Assembly: GCA_964520585.1 (NCBI GenBank)
Contig: CAZFOO010000005.1
Span: forward strand, 6,180-70,179
DNA from: an uncultured Bacteroidales bacterium
Lineage (GTDB): Bacteria > Bacteroidota > Bacteroidia > Bacteroidales > PUMT01
Reading direction: 5' to 3'
DNA length: 64,000 nt
Shown: piece by piece, positions 16,486 to 27,068 of the stretch
Position numbering within the stretch: the stretch's first letter is position 1
How the letters are laid out: each line of letters begins with the position of its first letter
Notes under the pieces: model-generated
Told to the model about the DNA's origin: nothing
The model's database searches: none
Seen by the model: the letters and a program-made list of their open reading frames with translations, nothing else
Made by a program: the position numbers and the translations under genes

Positions 16486-16807
16486 ATTTATAAAATATAG
16501 TTATCAGTTATTTATTCATACGGACAAACATAAGAATTATTATAGACCGGAAGAATTTAGTGTTAATAGTTTTATCATCCAATCTTGATTTCACCCTCCC
16601 TGAATAATATGAGTCCTCAGATAATCAGGTATATGCCAAATTATCCAATTTTTAGTACCGAGGGTAACCCGTTATCAGGGAAACCCCGTCAATGGCTATA
16701 ATTTTAATTCTGATGACGACTCTGGACCGGTCAGGTAAATTTTTCATATCTTTTTTATATAAAAGTAGTATTTTTTTCCCAATGGTATAAATTTATTCGA
16801 AAAAACC

Positions 16808-17209
16808 TTAACTCTTACTATCCTCTATATCACTTAGTTGAAGGTTGAGAGCGCGGACTGATATCTGGATTTCCCATATTGAGATACCTAATGAGGCGAT
16901 CAGCAGCAACAATGCAATACCGAAAACATACACAGCAGTAATCATAGAACCAATATAGATCAAAAACATGCAAACCACACAAAGTAACAAACTTGTGATA
17001 CCGTATATCTGCATATGACGGATAAGAGATAACCGTAGCCTGAGATTTTTTATTTGCCCGAATAACCTTTCATCAGGGTTCTCCTTGTATTTTGCATGCA
17101 GACTTCTTACCAGTGCAGCCAGAGCAAGAAAACGGTTCGTATAAGCAAGCAGCAACAAAGAAATTGCTGAAAATAATAACGCAGGGGTTGTAAGTGTAAG
17201 ATCGGTCAT
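16808..17209 (-). CDS. DUF2721 membrane protein
   Basis: 133 aa with 3 TM segments. The motif LLLAYTNRFLALAALVRSLH is typical of DUF2721. An ATG at 17209 avoids overlap with the upstream gene. Confidence 0.65.
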   Translation of the reverse strand: MTDLTLTTPALLFSAISLLLLAYTNRFLALAALVRSLHAKYKENPDERLFGQIKNLRLRLSLIRHMQIYGITSLLLCVVCMFLIYIGSMITAVYVFGIALLLLIASLGISIWEIQISVRALNLQLSDIEDSKS

Positions 17210-17237
17210 AATTAATTTTCTTATATTGTTATGAATT

Positions 17238-18197
17238 TTAAAATGTAATGGTTTCAATCATCCAGTAGAGAAAAGGAAGAGTAAACAGACTCATTAACGT
17301 GGAGATGAAAACATTTTCCATTGCATGAGCATCATCGGCGTTAAATTTTTTTGCAAGGACAACGATTATCGCCATACAGGGTGTGCCGGATTGTAAGATT
17401 ACAACTGAAAAAGCCACTGGGTCAATATTTAAAGATAGTAAATTTAGTATCGCTTTAAATATTATTATAAGTAAAACAGGAGAGATAACCATTTTATTAA
17501 TGGACAGCAGGTACGTCTGACCTCTTTTGAATACCTTCCGGATATTTGTTTGGGCAAGCATGCTGCCAATATATAGCATTGATAAATAGCTGGTTGTTTC
17601 GCCCAGTCCGGTCAATGGGGTGTCAATAACTTTAGGTATGCTTATTCCCGAAAGCATAAACATGATTCCTGCGAAAAATGCTATGGTATTGGGGTTTATA
17701 AGATTCTTCATTTTCTGTCCCATACTGGGAGATGACGAATAATTAAGTAAATTCACTCCTATAGTCCACATCACTGAAGTTGAAGCAAGGTAAAACAACG
17801 TAGCATAAAAAAGTGCTTCTCCTCCAGGGAAGAGTGCATTCATCAATGGAAAACCCAGGAAAACTATATTACCGAAAGCAGTATGAAGAATATGAATTGC
17901 ATAAGTTTCTCTTCCCAGTTTCTGTGCAATCGCGGATAGCTTCCCTGTGAATAGCAGGAAAAATAATGAAGCCAGTGCCATTACAATTACCAGCAAACCA
18001 TTATTGAGCAGTTCAACAGTAATATCCAGTGTGGTAAAGGAACTTAGTATAAGCAAGGGAAGTGTAATATTGAATACCAGCGAGGCAATGCCCTCTTTCA
18101 ATTTTTCTGTAATAATACCCGCTTTTGCGGCAATAACGCCAATGCAGACAATTACACCCAGAATGGTTATTTGATTAAGTATTATCTCAGATTGCAC
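17238..18197 (-). CDS. AEC (auxin efflux carrier) family transporter
   Basis: 319-aa protein with ~10 TM segments and two-lobed organisation, typical of AEC/malate permease-like transporters. Confidence 0.75.
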   Translation of the reverse strand: MQSEIILNQITILGVIVCIGVIAAKAGIITEKLKEGIASLVFNITLPLLILSSFTTLDITVELLNNGLLVIVMALASLFFLLFTGKLSAIAQKLGRETYAIHILHTAFGNIVFLGFPLMNALFPGGEALFYATLFYLASTSVMWTIGVNLLNYSSSPSMGQKMKNLINPNTIAFFAGIMFMLSGISIPKVIDTPLTGLGETTSYLSMLYIGSMLAQTNIRKVFKRGQTYLLSINKMVISPVLLIIIFKAILNLLSLNIDPVAFSVVILQSGTPCMAIIVVLAKKFNADDAHAMENVFISTLMSLFTLPFLYWMIETITF

Positions 18198-18334
18198 ACC
18201 TTTTATTTAATGCGCAAAACTATAAAATTTAAGTAATATCTCAATATAGCAGCGATTATTATGCAGATCGGAAATGAAAGCATGGTGGTTATTAAAAAAA
18301 CATTTAGGTTTGCCTTAAATTTTCACTAATTTAA

Positions 18335-20065
18335 ATGAAGCCGGTTATTTACCAGATATTTGTCAGACTTTTCGGCAATAAGTCCACCGAAGTAAAAGTT
18401 TATGGCACCATAGATGAAAATGGATGTGGAAAATTTGAAGATATTAATGAATCAGCACTTAATTCCTTAAAAGACTTTGGAATTACCCACATCTGGTATA
18501 CCGGTATTATTGAACATGCTGTAGCAAATGATTATTCACAATTTGGTATTGAGAATGATTATCCTGAAATTGTTAAGGGAAGAGCCGGTTCACCATATGC
18601 AATAAAAGATTATTATGATGTTAATCCCGATCTGGCCAATGATATTCCCGGCAGAATGCGGGAATTCGACGAACTTATAGCGAGGACACATGCTGCTGGA
18701 ATTAAAGTAATAATTGATTTTGTACCTAATCACCTGGCAAGATTATATAAATCAGATGAAACCCCACATGCGAACAATGATGATTTTGGGGCTAATGATA
18801 CCCCTGAGGAATCTTTTTCAGCAAAAAATGATTTTTATTACTTTCCAGGAGAAGCACTTAAACTTCCTGATGAGGTCTTAAAAAGAAATGCTGTCATAAC
18901 CGATTATAGAAAAAATCCTTCCCCATATACAGAATTCCCCGCAAGGGCTACAGGAAATGATTGTTTCAGGCCTGATCCTGGTATCGGAGACTGGTACGAA
19001 ACGGTAAAGCTTAATTATGGAATAGATTATCTTAAGGGAAAACAAAAACATTTTCAACCCCTTCCTCCTGTATGGGAAAAGATGAAGTCAGTAATACTTT
19101 ACTGGGCAAACCGCAAAGTTGATGGCTTCAGGGTTGATATGGCTGAAATGGTGCCGCTGGAATTCTGGGAATGGCTTATACCTGTCATAAAATACCAATA
19201 TTCTGAAATAATATTTATAGCAGAAATATATCAACCTCATCTATATAAAGATTTCATTGAAACCGGCGGATTTGATTTTTTATATGATAAAATAGATTTT
19301 TATGAATCGACCCGCAATGTGATTGAAGGAAAGGAAGATATTGGTTCATTTACAAGGTGCTGGCAGCGAATAGGCCAGCTTGAAAAAAATATGCTCAGGT
19401 TTCTTGAAAATCATGATGAACAAAGAATTGCATCCCGGTTTTTTGCCGGGAATCCATGGAAAGCAATTCCGGGAATGGTACTTGCTGCCACAATGAATTC
19501 GGGACCATTATTATTGTATTCCGGACAGGAAGTTGGTGAACCGGCTGAAGGAAGCAGTGGTTTCAGTGGTGATGACGGACGCACAAGTATTTTTGATTAT
19601 TGGACTGTACCTAATCTTCAACTATGGATGAACGCTGGAGAGTTCAATGAAGAAGCACTCCCGGCAGATCTGGCGGATTTAAGAAATGTTTATGCCGGGA
19701 TAATCAGGCTATGCCATGATCACAGAATGTTCAGCCAAGGAGGATTTTATGACCTGATGTGGATAAATCAGGAAATGATTGAATCTACCAATGCAAGAAT
19801 ATTTGCATACTTACGTTATGATAACCGGGAATCATCCGTGATTATATTAAATTTCGCCAATGTTTTTTACAGAGATGTAAATCTATATATTCCGGAAGAT
19901 GCCTGCAAGTTAATGCATTGCAAAGATGGAAGCAATCTTGTTAAAATAATATCCTTCCCTTATGGCAATGATTTTGCAATAAGGGAAATGACAGATGGCC
20001 CGCTGAAATATACTTTTAATATTGCACCCCATTCTGCCATTATTATGTTTCTTGAAAGTTTTTAA
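18335..20065 (+). CDS. GH13 alpha-amylase family glycoside hydrolase
   Basis: GH13 conserved regions are present: DFVPNH, DGFRVDMAEM, an AEIY region, and FLENHDEQR. Confidence 0.85.
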   Translation: MKPVIYQIFVRLFGNKSTEVKVYGTIDENGCGKFEDINESALNSLKDFGITHIWYTGIIEHAVANDYSQFGIENDYPEIVKGRAGSPYAIKDYYDVNPDLANDIPGRMREFDELIARTHAAGIKVIIDFVPNHLARLYKSDETPHANNDDFGANDTPEESFSAKNDFYYFPGEALKLPDEVLKRNAVITDYRKNPSPYTEFPARATGNDCFRPDPGIGDWYETVKLNYGIDYLKGKQKHFQPLPPVWEKMKSVILYWANRKVDGFRVDMAEMVPLEFWEWLIPVIKYQYSEIIFIAEIYQPHLYKDFIETGGFDFLYDKIDFYESTRNVIEGKEDIGSFTRCWQRIGQLEKNMLRFLENHDEQRIASRFFAGNPWKAIPGMVLAATMNSGPLLLYSGQEVGEPAEGSSGFSGDDGRTSIFDYWTVPNLQLWMNAGEFNEEALPADLADLRNVYAGIIRLCHDHRMFSQGGFYDLMWINQEMIESTNARIFAYLRYDNRESSVIILNFANVFYRDVNLYIPEDACKLMHCKDGSNLVKIISFPYGNDFAIREMTDGPLKYTFNIAPHSAIIMFLESF

Positions 20066-20112
20066 TATTTGAGGCCCGTTTTATCTTTGCGGGATATTTC
20101 CAGGAGTAAAAT

Positions 20113-20853
20113 ATGTTTTATATGCTGAGTTTTATAAGAGAAAATATCAACGGTTTTCTTGGTACCCTGATCTTCCACCTCCTTTTAGTAGTGGTGATTA
20201 TGGCAACAAGGCTTTCGTCGGTAAGCCATCAGTCTGAACAGAGCATGCTAATTGAATTTGATAGTGACGTTACAGAAGAGGAATTCCGGGAGCTTACAGA
20301 ATCTCTTATGAATCGGGATGATTTTGCTGAGGATACGGAAAGCGATCAGCTGAGAAGAAATATTGCAGTCAATGTTTCAGAGGAAAGACCTGTGCCAGAT
20401 GAGTTCAGGGAAATGTCGCCAGATCAGATGTCGGAGCTGGACGATCGTGTGGATGAAATTCTTAATAACGCTGCTAACGGGAAAATGCCGGAGCCGGAAC
20501 AACCGGACATGAATTTTGAATTGCCAACAGATACTTCGGACCAGAAAAATATTAATGACGAACCATATACAGGACCAACTACCATTACTTATGATCTGCC
20601 GGGCCGTATTCATCTTAGGATGCCTGTGCCGGTATATAAATGTCCGGGTGGAGGAATAGTAGAAGTGAAAATTTCTGTAAACCGGCAGGGGAAAGTTATC
20701 AGTGCAAATATTGATGGTGATCCGGGGAGCTTTAATGAAAGATGTATTTTTCAGATGGCTCTAGAAGCAGCGACAGGAAGCATATTTGACGAGAAGTCCG
20801 ATGCCCCGCCTGTGCAGGATGGCACTATTACATTTCATTTTCAAAAACAATAA
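20113..20853 (+). CDS. TonB-like energy transducer (C-terminal TonB_C-like domain)
   Basis: It has an N-terminal TM anchor and an acidic, Pro-containing linker. The C-terminal ~80 aa have a TonB_C-like pattern (YKCPGGGIVEVKISVNRQGKVISANI). Confidence 0.45.
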   Translation: MFYMLSFIRENINGFLGTLIFHLLLVVVIMATRLSSVSHQSEQSMLIEFDSDVTEEEFRELTESLMNRDDFAEDTESDQLRRNIAVNVSEERPVPDEFREMSPDQMSELDDRVDEILNNAANGKMPEPEQPDMNFELPTDTSDQKNINDEPYTGPTTITYDLPGRIHLRMPVPVYKCPGGGIVEVKISVNRQGKVISANIDGDPGSFNERCIFQMALEAATGSIFDEKSDAPPVQDGTITFHFQKQ

Positions 20854-20958
20854 AAATCATAGTATGATTGTTTTTGGAAATGTTTTTTTGTTTAATTTTC
20901 CGGATATATTTGTTCTTAAGAAAAGTTTTGCAAAATTAAATTTATGTGTCTTTTACTT

Positions 20959-21261
20959 ATGGAAAAAAAACGATTGATAGTCAATATGGATAACCTTCCT
21001 GCAGGAGTGCATGAAGCAATCCGCAAAAAATACCCTAATGGGTATAATGACTACATTATTAAGGTTCCCAAGGGGGAAGCCGATTTTTTTCATGCTATTA
21101 CCGTTGATACAGAAACGGCAAGTTATCTGGTTAAGGTAAATGTAAAGATTGATTCAATATCTGATAATGATGAAAAGGATGCTGAAGAAGATGACATTGA
21201 GGTAGATGAGCAAAACCTGACAGGCGATATCCCGGATGATATTGAGGACATAGATGATTGA
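20959..21261 (+). CDS. hypothetical protein with strongly acidic tail
   Basis: The ORF ends in DNDEKDAEEDDIEVDEQNLTGDIPDDIEDIDD. The start is uncertain (20944, 20959 or 20986). Confidence 0.4.
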   Translation: MEKKRLIVNMDNLPAGVHEAIRKKYPNGYNDYIIKVPKGEADFFHAITVDTETASYLVKVNVKIDSISDNDEKDAEEDDIEVDEQNLTGDIPDDIEDIDD

Positions 21262-21385
21262 TATACCGGATTATTATAAATCCTCTATTTTTTGCAAGGT
21301 CATTCCCCGGTGTTGCTATATTGAATTAATTAGCTATATTTAAGCCTAATTCCATATTTAAGCGTGAATCTATATAAAGGCGACA

Positions 21386-21757
21386 ATGGAGCCAATCTAT
21401 ATTGACGGAACCAACAGAACACCTTTTGTGAGTCTGGATCCATCGGGTAAATTCAAAATAAGGGGAAGATCAATTCACGAAAATCCTTCCAAATTTTTTG
21501 ATCCTATAATGAACTGGATGGAAGCATACCTACGTGATCCTGTGGAAACAACCGTATTTGATATTGAACTGGAATATTTCAATAGTGGGTCATCCCGCTA
21601 TATCCTTGAGATACTAAGGCTTCTGATGGAAGATGGCGGGGATAAGAATCTTATAATCAACTGGTATTTTGAAGATGGTGATGATGACTTGCTGGAACGT
21701 GGTCAGTACTATGAGTCAATTCTTAACACTAAGTTTAATTTTATTGAATTTCAATAA
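21386..21757 (+). CDS. DUF1987 (SiaC-like) protein
   Basis: 123 aa with the characteristic pattern TPFVSLDPSGKFKIRGRSIHENPSKFFDPIMNWMEAY...LEYFNSGSSRYILEILR...INWYFEDGDDD. Confidence 0.7.
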   Translation: MEPIYIDGTNRTPFVSLDPSGKFKIRGRSIHENPSKFFDPIMNWMEAYLRDPVETTVFDIELEYFNSGSSRYILEILRLLMEDGGDKNLIINWYFEDGDDDLLERGQYYESILNTKFNFIEFQ

Positions 21758-21926
21758 ATATGTTTTCGCCATCCTTCTCTTCTTTTTCGATTTCAAGTGC
21801 TACTTTCCACCCAATCCTGTGATCATGGAGGTCTAGTAGTTCGCTTATACATCCCGGACATATTTCTTCCTTTGCAATATGGTTTTTGCACCGCGGACAT
21901 AGTTGGTCTGCCTTATTTTCATCCAT
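21741..21926 (-). CDS. small zinc-ribbon protein (hypothetical)
   Basis: 61 aa with CPRC-N12-CPGC. It lies 146 nt downstream of 22073..23035 on the same strand. Confidence 0.35.
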   Translation of the reverse strand: MDENKADQLCPRCKNHIAKEEICPGCISELLDLHDHRIGWKVALEIEKEEKDGENIFIEIQ

Positions 21927-22072
21927 ATATTCCGTAATTATTAGCTTCGCACCTGGTCTTACTTATTTTGTGTACGCCGGATAAAGATTATTTGTTGCGG
22001 AATATCTGTTAATTATAACATCCGGTAAGCCATAAAACTTAAATTGCACCAAAATGCTTTATTTGTAGGTAT

Positions 22073-23035
22073 TTAAAGGAAGGAGTCTTCATCATTACTG
22101 AATAAAACCTTACATACCATGGGGGCTCCTGCAGGATTCCGGTTATATGCTGCGGGAGCATGTCCCGAGTCAATGCTCCAAACCTCAATATCCGGATATC
22201 TTGCGGCAAGAAGCAGGGAAGAAAGAGTAAAAGGCTTTGGCCCGGCAGGAAGAATTGATACCCGGTAATTAAGTCTTAGTTTCATTGTAAGTGAAGTGAG
22301 AAGAGAATCTGTTTCTTTGAAATCTTCAACCGGGTACCTGTATATATGTTCTTCCGGAAGACATCTTAAAATCTGCCGGTTATTTTTAGTAACCCTGTCG
22401 GCATAGCGGCTGTCAAAGGCAGGATCAGAATAAAAGACATAAATAATTTTATAGTTAATTGAATCAATAATTTCCCTGGTCAGAAATCTTTCATAACCAA
22501 GTCCGAGAATAAGGGCAAGTGGTTTTTCACTTTGAATATTTGCACTTAACAAGCCATTTGGTGAATTAAGCATTACTTTTCCCTCCGGATTTACAGGTTC
22601 TGAAAAAACTGCAGATGTATAGGAAAAATATACTTCCAGATTATTTATGGATAATTCTTTTGAGATAAAGTATTCCAGCATCCCGGCATACCATATTTTG
22701 CTCATGCATGAATAATCAATCAAAATACTTATCTTTTCCGTTTCAATGTGAGATTCAAAAATCTCATCCAGAAGCAGGGTTACTCTGTCCTTTTTATTGG
22801 CAGATTCTTCTATGAAATTAAATCCTTCATCATAAAATCGTTTATCATTTTTTTCTCTGAACAGGATATCTTTTTTATCGTCAAAGGCAAGAGTTATTCT
22901 ATTCCCGGCTTCAATTTCAATACTGTCAATAAGATAAGTACATCTGTTTTCATATCCTGATGCAGTTATGAAATAGTTGAAATATTTATCTTTTAGATGA
23001 TCAAATCCTATTTGATGAGCAAAAATTAAATCCAT
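22073..23035 (-). CDS. hypothetical protein with internal tandem domain duplication
   Basis: The 320-aa protein has two halves that align by eye. The matching pairs are ASGYENRCTYLIDSI / GLGYERFLTREIIDSI and ISILIDYSCMSKIWYAGML / VSILPAGPKPFTLSSLLLAA. Confidence 0.6.
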   Translation of the reverse strand: MDLIFAHQIGFDHLKDKYFNYFITASGYENRCTYLIDSIEIEAGNRITLAFDDKKDILFREKNDKRFYDEGFNFIEESANKKDRVTLLLDEIFESHIETEKISILIDYSCMSKIWYAGMLEYFISKELSINNLEVYFSYTSAVFSEPVNPEGKVMLNSPNGLLSANIQSEKPLALILGLGYERFLTREIIDSINYKIIYVFYSDPAFDSRYADRVTKNNRQILRCLPEEHIYRYPVEDFKETDSLLTSLTMKLRLNYRVSILPAGPKPFTLSSLLLAARYPDIEVWSIDSGHAPAAYNRNPAGAPMVCKVLFSNDEDSFL

Positions 23036-23250
23036 ATAAGCAAGAGATAACCCAGACCGGGGCGATAAATATAGAAAGTTATTATTGATAAAAAAAACGT
23101 TCTTAGGTAACCTTAAGGTAAAATTTCGGGAAATAATAAGGGAGTTCTTAAATTATTGAATTTTTTTATATGTTTACATGTTTTATAACATAAGGCATTC
23201 TATTTGAATCTCTTGTAAGAGCCTTATTATCAAACCATAAGTAATAAATA

Positions 23251-24753
23251 ATGATAAAGAAAGTACTTATAGCAAATCGTGGTGAAATAGCTGTCAGGAT
23301 TATGCGTTCCTGCAGAGAAATGGGAATAAAAACTGTTGCCGTATTTTCTGATGCAGACAGGAAATCAATGCATGTCAGATATGCAGACGAGGCTATCCAT
23401 ATAGGAGCTTCTCCATCTAACGAAAGCTATCTTGTCAAGGAGAAGATAATTGAAGCTGCACAAAGAAGCGAATCAGATGCAATACATCCGGGTTATGGAT
23501 TTTTATCAGAAAACGCTGAATTTGCGGACCTTGTGCGAGAAAATGGAATAACCTTTATAGGACCTTCTGCGGAAAGTATACGCCTTATGGGAGATAAGAT
23601 TTCTGCCAGAAGCATAATGATGCAGGCAGGAGTGCCGGTTGTTCCCGGAACCAGAAATAAGATAGAAGGTTCCGAAGAAGCACTGGAGGCAATTAGAAAA
23701 ATTGGCTATCCGGTAATGATAAAAGCTTCTTCAGGTGGAGGCGGGAAAGGAATGAGACTGGTTTTTGATGAATCGGAATCACTTCAGGCAATAAATGCCG
23801 CAAAATCTGAAGCAAAGGCATCTTTTGGCGATGATTCGGTATATATTGAAAAGTATATATCATCCCCTCACCATATTGAGTTTCAGGTTCTGGCTGATCA
23901 ACATGGGAATATTATTCATCTTTGTGAACGGGAATGTTCCATCCAGCGAAGACACCAGAAAATAATAGAAGAAACCCCCTCCCCTGTCATGACAGAAGAA
24001 TTGCGAAAAGAAATGGGAGAAAAAGCCATAGCAGCGGCGCTATCTGTTAAATATGAAGGAGCAGGAACAATTGAATTCCTTGTGGATGACCAGCTCAATT
24101 ATTATTTTCTGGAAATGAATACCCGGTTACAGGTGGAGCATCCGATAACAGAACGTGTAACCGGGGTTGACCTGGTAAAGGAACAGATAAGGATTGCTTC
24201 AGGTGAAAATCTTAGTTTCAGTCAATCCGATATATTCCAGGACGGCCATGCAATAGAATGCAGAATATATGCTGAGGATCCGGACAATAATTTCATGCCA
24301 AGTCCGGGTTTAATAAAAAAAATAACCGAACCTATGGGTTTTGGTGTAAGAACAGACGGATATGTGTATGAAGGTTATGAAATTCCTATCCATTATGATC
24401 CCATGATCTCGAAATTAATAACCTGGGGAAAAACCAGAAATGAAGCTGTCAGGCGCATGCAACGATCACTGGATGAGTATTATATTATGGGAATCAAAAC
24501 ATCAATCGATTTCCTTAAGAAAATTATGGAAATTCCTGAATTTATATCCGGAGAATATGATACTCACTTTGTAGATACACATAAAGATATATTGTTTATG
24601 CGATGTGATGATTCACCGGATATCGAAGACATGGCTATGATAGTTGCTTTTATGGAACATCTTGAAAATTCAGGATCTAAATCAAACGGTCAGGCCTCAA
24701 AAAAATATTCAAACTGGAAAATTCAAAATAGAAAGAGTAATTTATCCAGGTAA
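23251..24753 (+). CDS. accC: biotin carboxylase subunit of an acyl-CoA carboxylase
   Basis: Diagnostic motifs are MIKKVLIANRGEIAVRIMR, GGGGKGMR and FLEMNTRLQVEHPITE. Confidence 0.9.
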   Translation: MIKKVLIANRGEIAVRIMRSCREMGIKTVAVFSDADRKSMHVRYADEAIHIGASPSNESYLVKEKIIEAAQRSESDAIHPGYGFLSENAEFADLVRENGITFIGPSAESIRLMGDKISARSIMMQAGVPVVPGTRNKIEGSEEALEAIRKIGYPVMIKASSGGGGKGMRLVFDESESLQAINAAKSEAKASFGDDSVYIEKYISSPHHIEFQVLADQHGNIIHLCERECSIQRRHQKIIEETPSPVMTEELRKEMGEKAIAAALSVKYEGAGTIEFLVDDQLNYYFLEMNTRLQVEHPITERVTGVDLVKEQIRIASGENLSFSQSDIFQDGHAIECRIYAEDPDNNFMPSPGLIKKITEPMGFGVRTDGYVYEGYEIPIHYDPMISKLITWGKTRNEAVRRMQRSLDEYYIMGIKTSIDFLKKIMEIPEFISGEYDTHFVDTHKDILFMRCDDSPDIEDMAMIVAFMEHLENSGSKSNGQASKKYSNWKIQNRKSNLSR

Positions 24754-24783
24754 TTATCCAGTAATCATACAAAATTGATATTT

Positions 24784-25296
24784 ATGTCTGAAATTCAGCT
24801 AAAAACCGGTAATCGTTTAGAAACGATCAGAATTATTGAAAGAGACGGTAATAAATTAAAAGTTTTTTTAGGAGATAAAGAATATAATCTGGATATTGTC
24901 AGGGTAGAAAATAATATTTATTCACTCCTTTCAGGAAACAAATCTTACGATATTGAGGTAGTTCCCTCCAGCCGGAAAAATACATATTCAGTTAAACATT
25001 CATGCTACTCCTTTAATATCGAGGTCATTGATTCTGAAATGCGTTACATGCAAAACAGGTTGAAATCTGCCGCTTTAGATGATGAAAATATCATTTCATG
25101 TCCCATGCCTGGTAAAATAGTAAAAGTTATGGTAGAGGAAGGTGATAAGGTTGATGCAGGTCAGGTGGTTATAACCGTTTCTGCAATGAAGATGGAGAGC
25201 GAATATAAAACAGGGAAAAGCGGACTGGTAAAAGAAGTTAAAGTTATCGCAGGAGATGTCGTCGAAGCGAATATTCCATTAATAATCCTTGAGTAG
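24784..25296 (+). CDS. biotin carboxyl carrier (biotin/lipoyl attachment) protein
   Basis: The C-terminal biotinyl domain carries the SAMKME motif (VITVSAMKMESEY). Confidence 0.8.
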   Translation: MSEIQLKTGNRLETIRIIERDGNKLKVFLGDKEYNLDIVRVENNIYSLLSGNKSYDIEVVPSSRKNTYSVKHSCYSFNIEVIDSEMRYMQNRLKSAALDDENIISCPMPGKIVKVMVEEGDKVDAGQVVITVSAMKMESEYKTGKSGLVKEVKVIAGDVVEANIPLIILE

Positions 25297-25509
25297 AATA
25301 TATTTTTAAATATTAAGTTAACAATTTGTAATAATCTGTTGTAATTTATTATAATTTTTCCCTATGTTATATAATCTGACACAATCTCTTTAACAGATTA
25401 TTAATTTTTTATTGGTAAATCACTACTGTTAATTTTATGATTAATAATGCGTAAAGCATTATCTGACCCTTTAAATGAGGGTTTCCCAATAATAAAAAAT
25501 TTAAATATT

Positions 25510-27048
25510 ATGTCAACACTAGAAGAAAAGTTTAATGAGCTTGATGAGCGAAACCGTGAATCTTTAAAGGGAGGAGGTAAAGAAAGAATAGAAAAGCAAC
25601 ACGCAGCCGGAAAGTTCTCAGCGCGGGAACGTTTGGAACTGCTTCTTGATAAGGGAACCTTTGAAGAGATAGATAAAATGGTTAAACACCGTTGTACTGA
25701 TTTTGGAATGGAGAAAAATAAGATACAGGGAGACGGAATTGTTTCGGGATATGGGAAAATTGACGGTAGGCTGGTCTTTGTCTTCGCACAGGATTTTACT
25801 GTTTTTGGCGGTACATTAAGTAGAGCCAATGCTGACAAAGTAGTTAAAGTTATGGAAATGGCCATAAAAATGGGGGCCCCTTTGATAGGATTAAATGATT
25901 CAGGCGGTGCCAGGATTCAGGAGGGTGTACAAAGTCTTGCCGGATATGCAGATATATTCCATCTTAATGTAAAAGCATCGGGAGTTATACCTCAAATTTC
26001 AGCCATACTGGGACCATGTGCAGGAGGCGCTGTATACTCTCCTGCACTTACCGATTTTATTGTTATGACCAGGGAAACAAGTTACATGTTTGTAACCGGT
26101 CCGGATGTTATCAAAGCAGTAACACATGAGACAGTTACTAAAGAAGAGCTGGGGGGCGCGATGACACATAATTCGAAAAGCGGGGTTGCACATATGATAG
26201 GTGATAATGATGAGAATACTCTGATGATGATAAGGGAGCTTACCGGGTTTCTACCGTCAAATAATATGGAAGATCCACCGGTCAGACAATATTCCGGTGA
26301 TATAATCCGGGAAGATGAGAGTCTGCAAAAAATTGTACCGGCCGATCCAAACAAACCTTATGATATGATGACTATTATTGAATCGGTTGTTGATGACAAT
26401 AATTTTCTTGAGATCATGCCCCATTATGCCAAAAATATGATCACGGGATTTGGCCGTATGGCGGGAAGACCAGTCGGATTTGTCGCAAATCAGCCTGCGT
26501 TTCTTGCAGGTGTTCTAGATATAAATTCATCGGTAAAAGCCGCAAGATTTGTTCGCTTTTGCGATGCTTTCAATATTCCCCTCATAAGTCTTGTTGATGT
26601 TCCCGGATTTTTGCCTGGTGCGACACAGGAATTTGGTGGTATTATAAAGCATGGCGCAAAATTATTGTACGCTTTTTCAGAAGCAACCGTCCCTAAAATC
26701 ACTCTGATTACCAGAAAGGCATACGGAGGGGCTTACGATGTTATGGCCAGCAAACATATAGGTGCTGATGTTAATCTTGCCTATCCAACAGCAGAAATCG
26801 CTGTTATGGGTCCGGAAGGAGCAGTTAATATTATATTCAGGAAAAAGATATCTGATGAAGATAAATCCAAAGCCGTTGCGGACTACCGGGAAGCATTTGC
26901 AAATCCCTATAAAGCTGCTGAACTTGGATATATTGATGAGATAATTTACCCTCGTGAAACTCGCAAAAAGCTTATAGCAGCATTGGAAATGACTCAAAAC
27001 AAAAGTGTTTCCGGGCCTTCCAGAAAACATGGGAACATTCCGTTGTGA
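25510..27048 (+). CDS. acyl-CoA carboxylase carboxyltransferase subunit (propionyl-CoA carboxylase beta / methylmalonyl-CoA decarboxylase alpha type)
   Basis: Characteristic blocks are [28 protein letters not shown] and [11 protein letters not shown]. An ATG at 25510 (MSTLEEKF) is preferred over 25447. Confidence 0.9.
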   Translation: MSTLEEKFNELDERNRESLKGGGKERIEKQHAAGKFSARERLELLLDKGTFEEIDKMVKHRCTDFGMEKNKIQGDGIVSGYGKIDGRLVFVFAQDFTVFGGTLSRANADKVVKVMEMAIKMGAPLIGLNDSGGARIQEGVQSLAGYADIFHLNVKASGVIPQISAILGPCAGGAVYSPALTDFIVMTRETSYMFVTGPDVIKAVTHETVTKEELGGAMTHNSKSGVAHMIGDNDENTLMMIRELTGFLPSNNMEDPPVRQYSGDIIREDESLQKIVPADPNKPYDMMTIIESVVDDNNFLEIMPHYAKNMITGFGRMAGRPVGFVANQPAFLAGVLDINSSVKAARFVRFCDAFNIPLISLVDVPGFLPGATQEFGGIIKHGAKLLYAFSEATVPKITLITRKAYGGAYDVMASKHIGADVNLAYPTAEIAVMGPEGAVNIIFRKKISDEDKSKAVADYREAFANPYKAAELGYIDEIIYPRETRKKLIAALEMTQNKSVSGPSRKHGNIPL

Positions 27049-27068
27049 TATCGGGGGACTCTGTTTTC

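Noticed and set aside
16723-16737. 15-mer GGACCGGTCAGGTAA shared with 56952-56966
   Set aside because: A handful of identical 15-mers are expected by chance in 64 kb, and there is no extended similarity around them.
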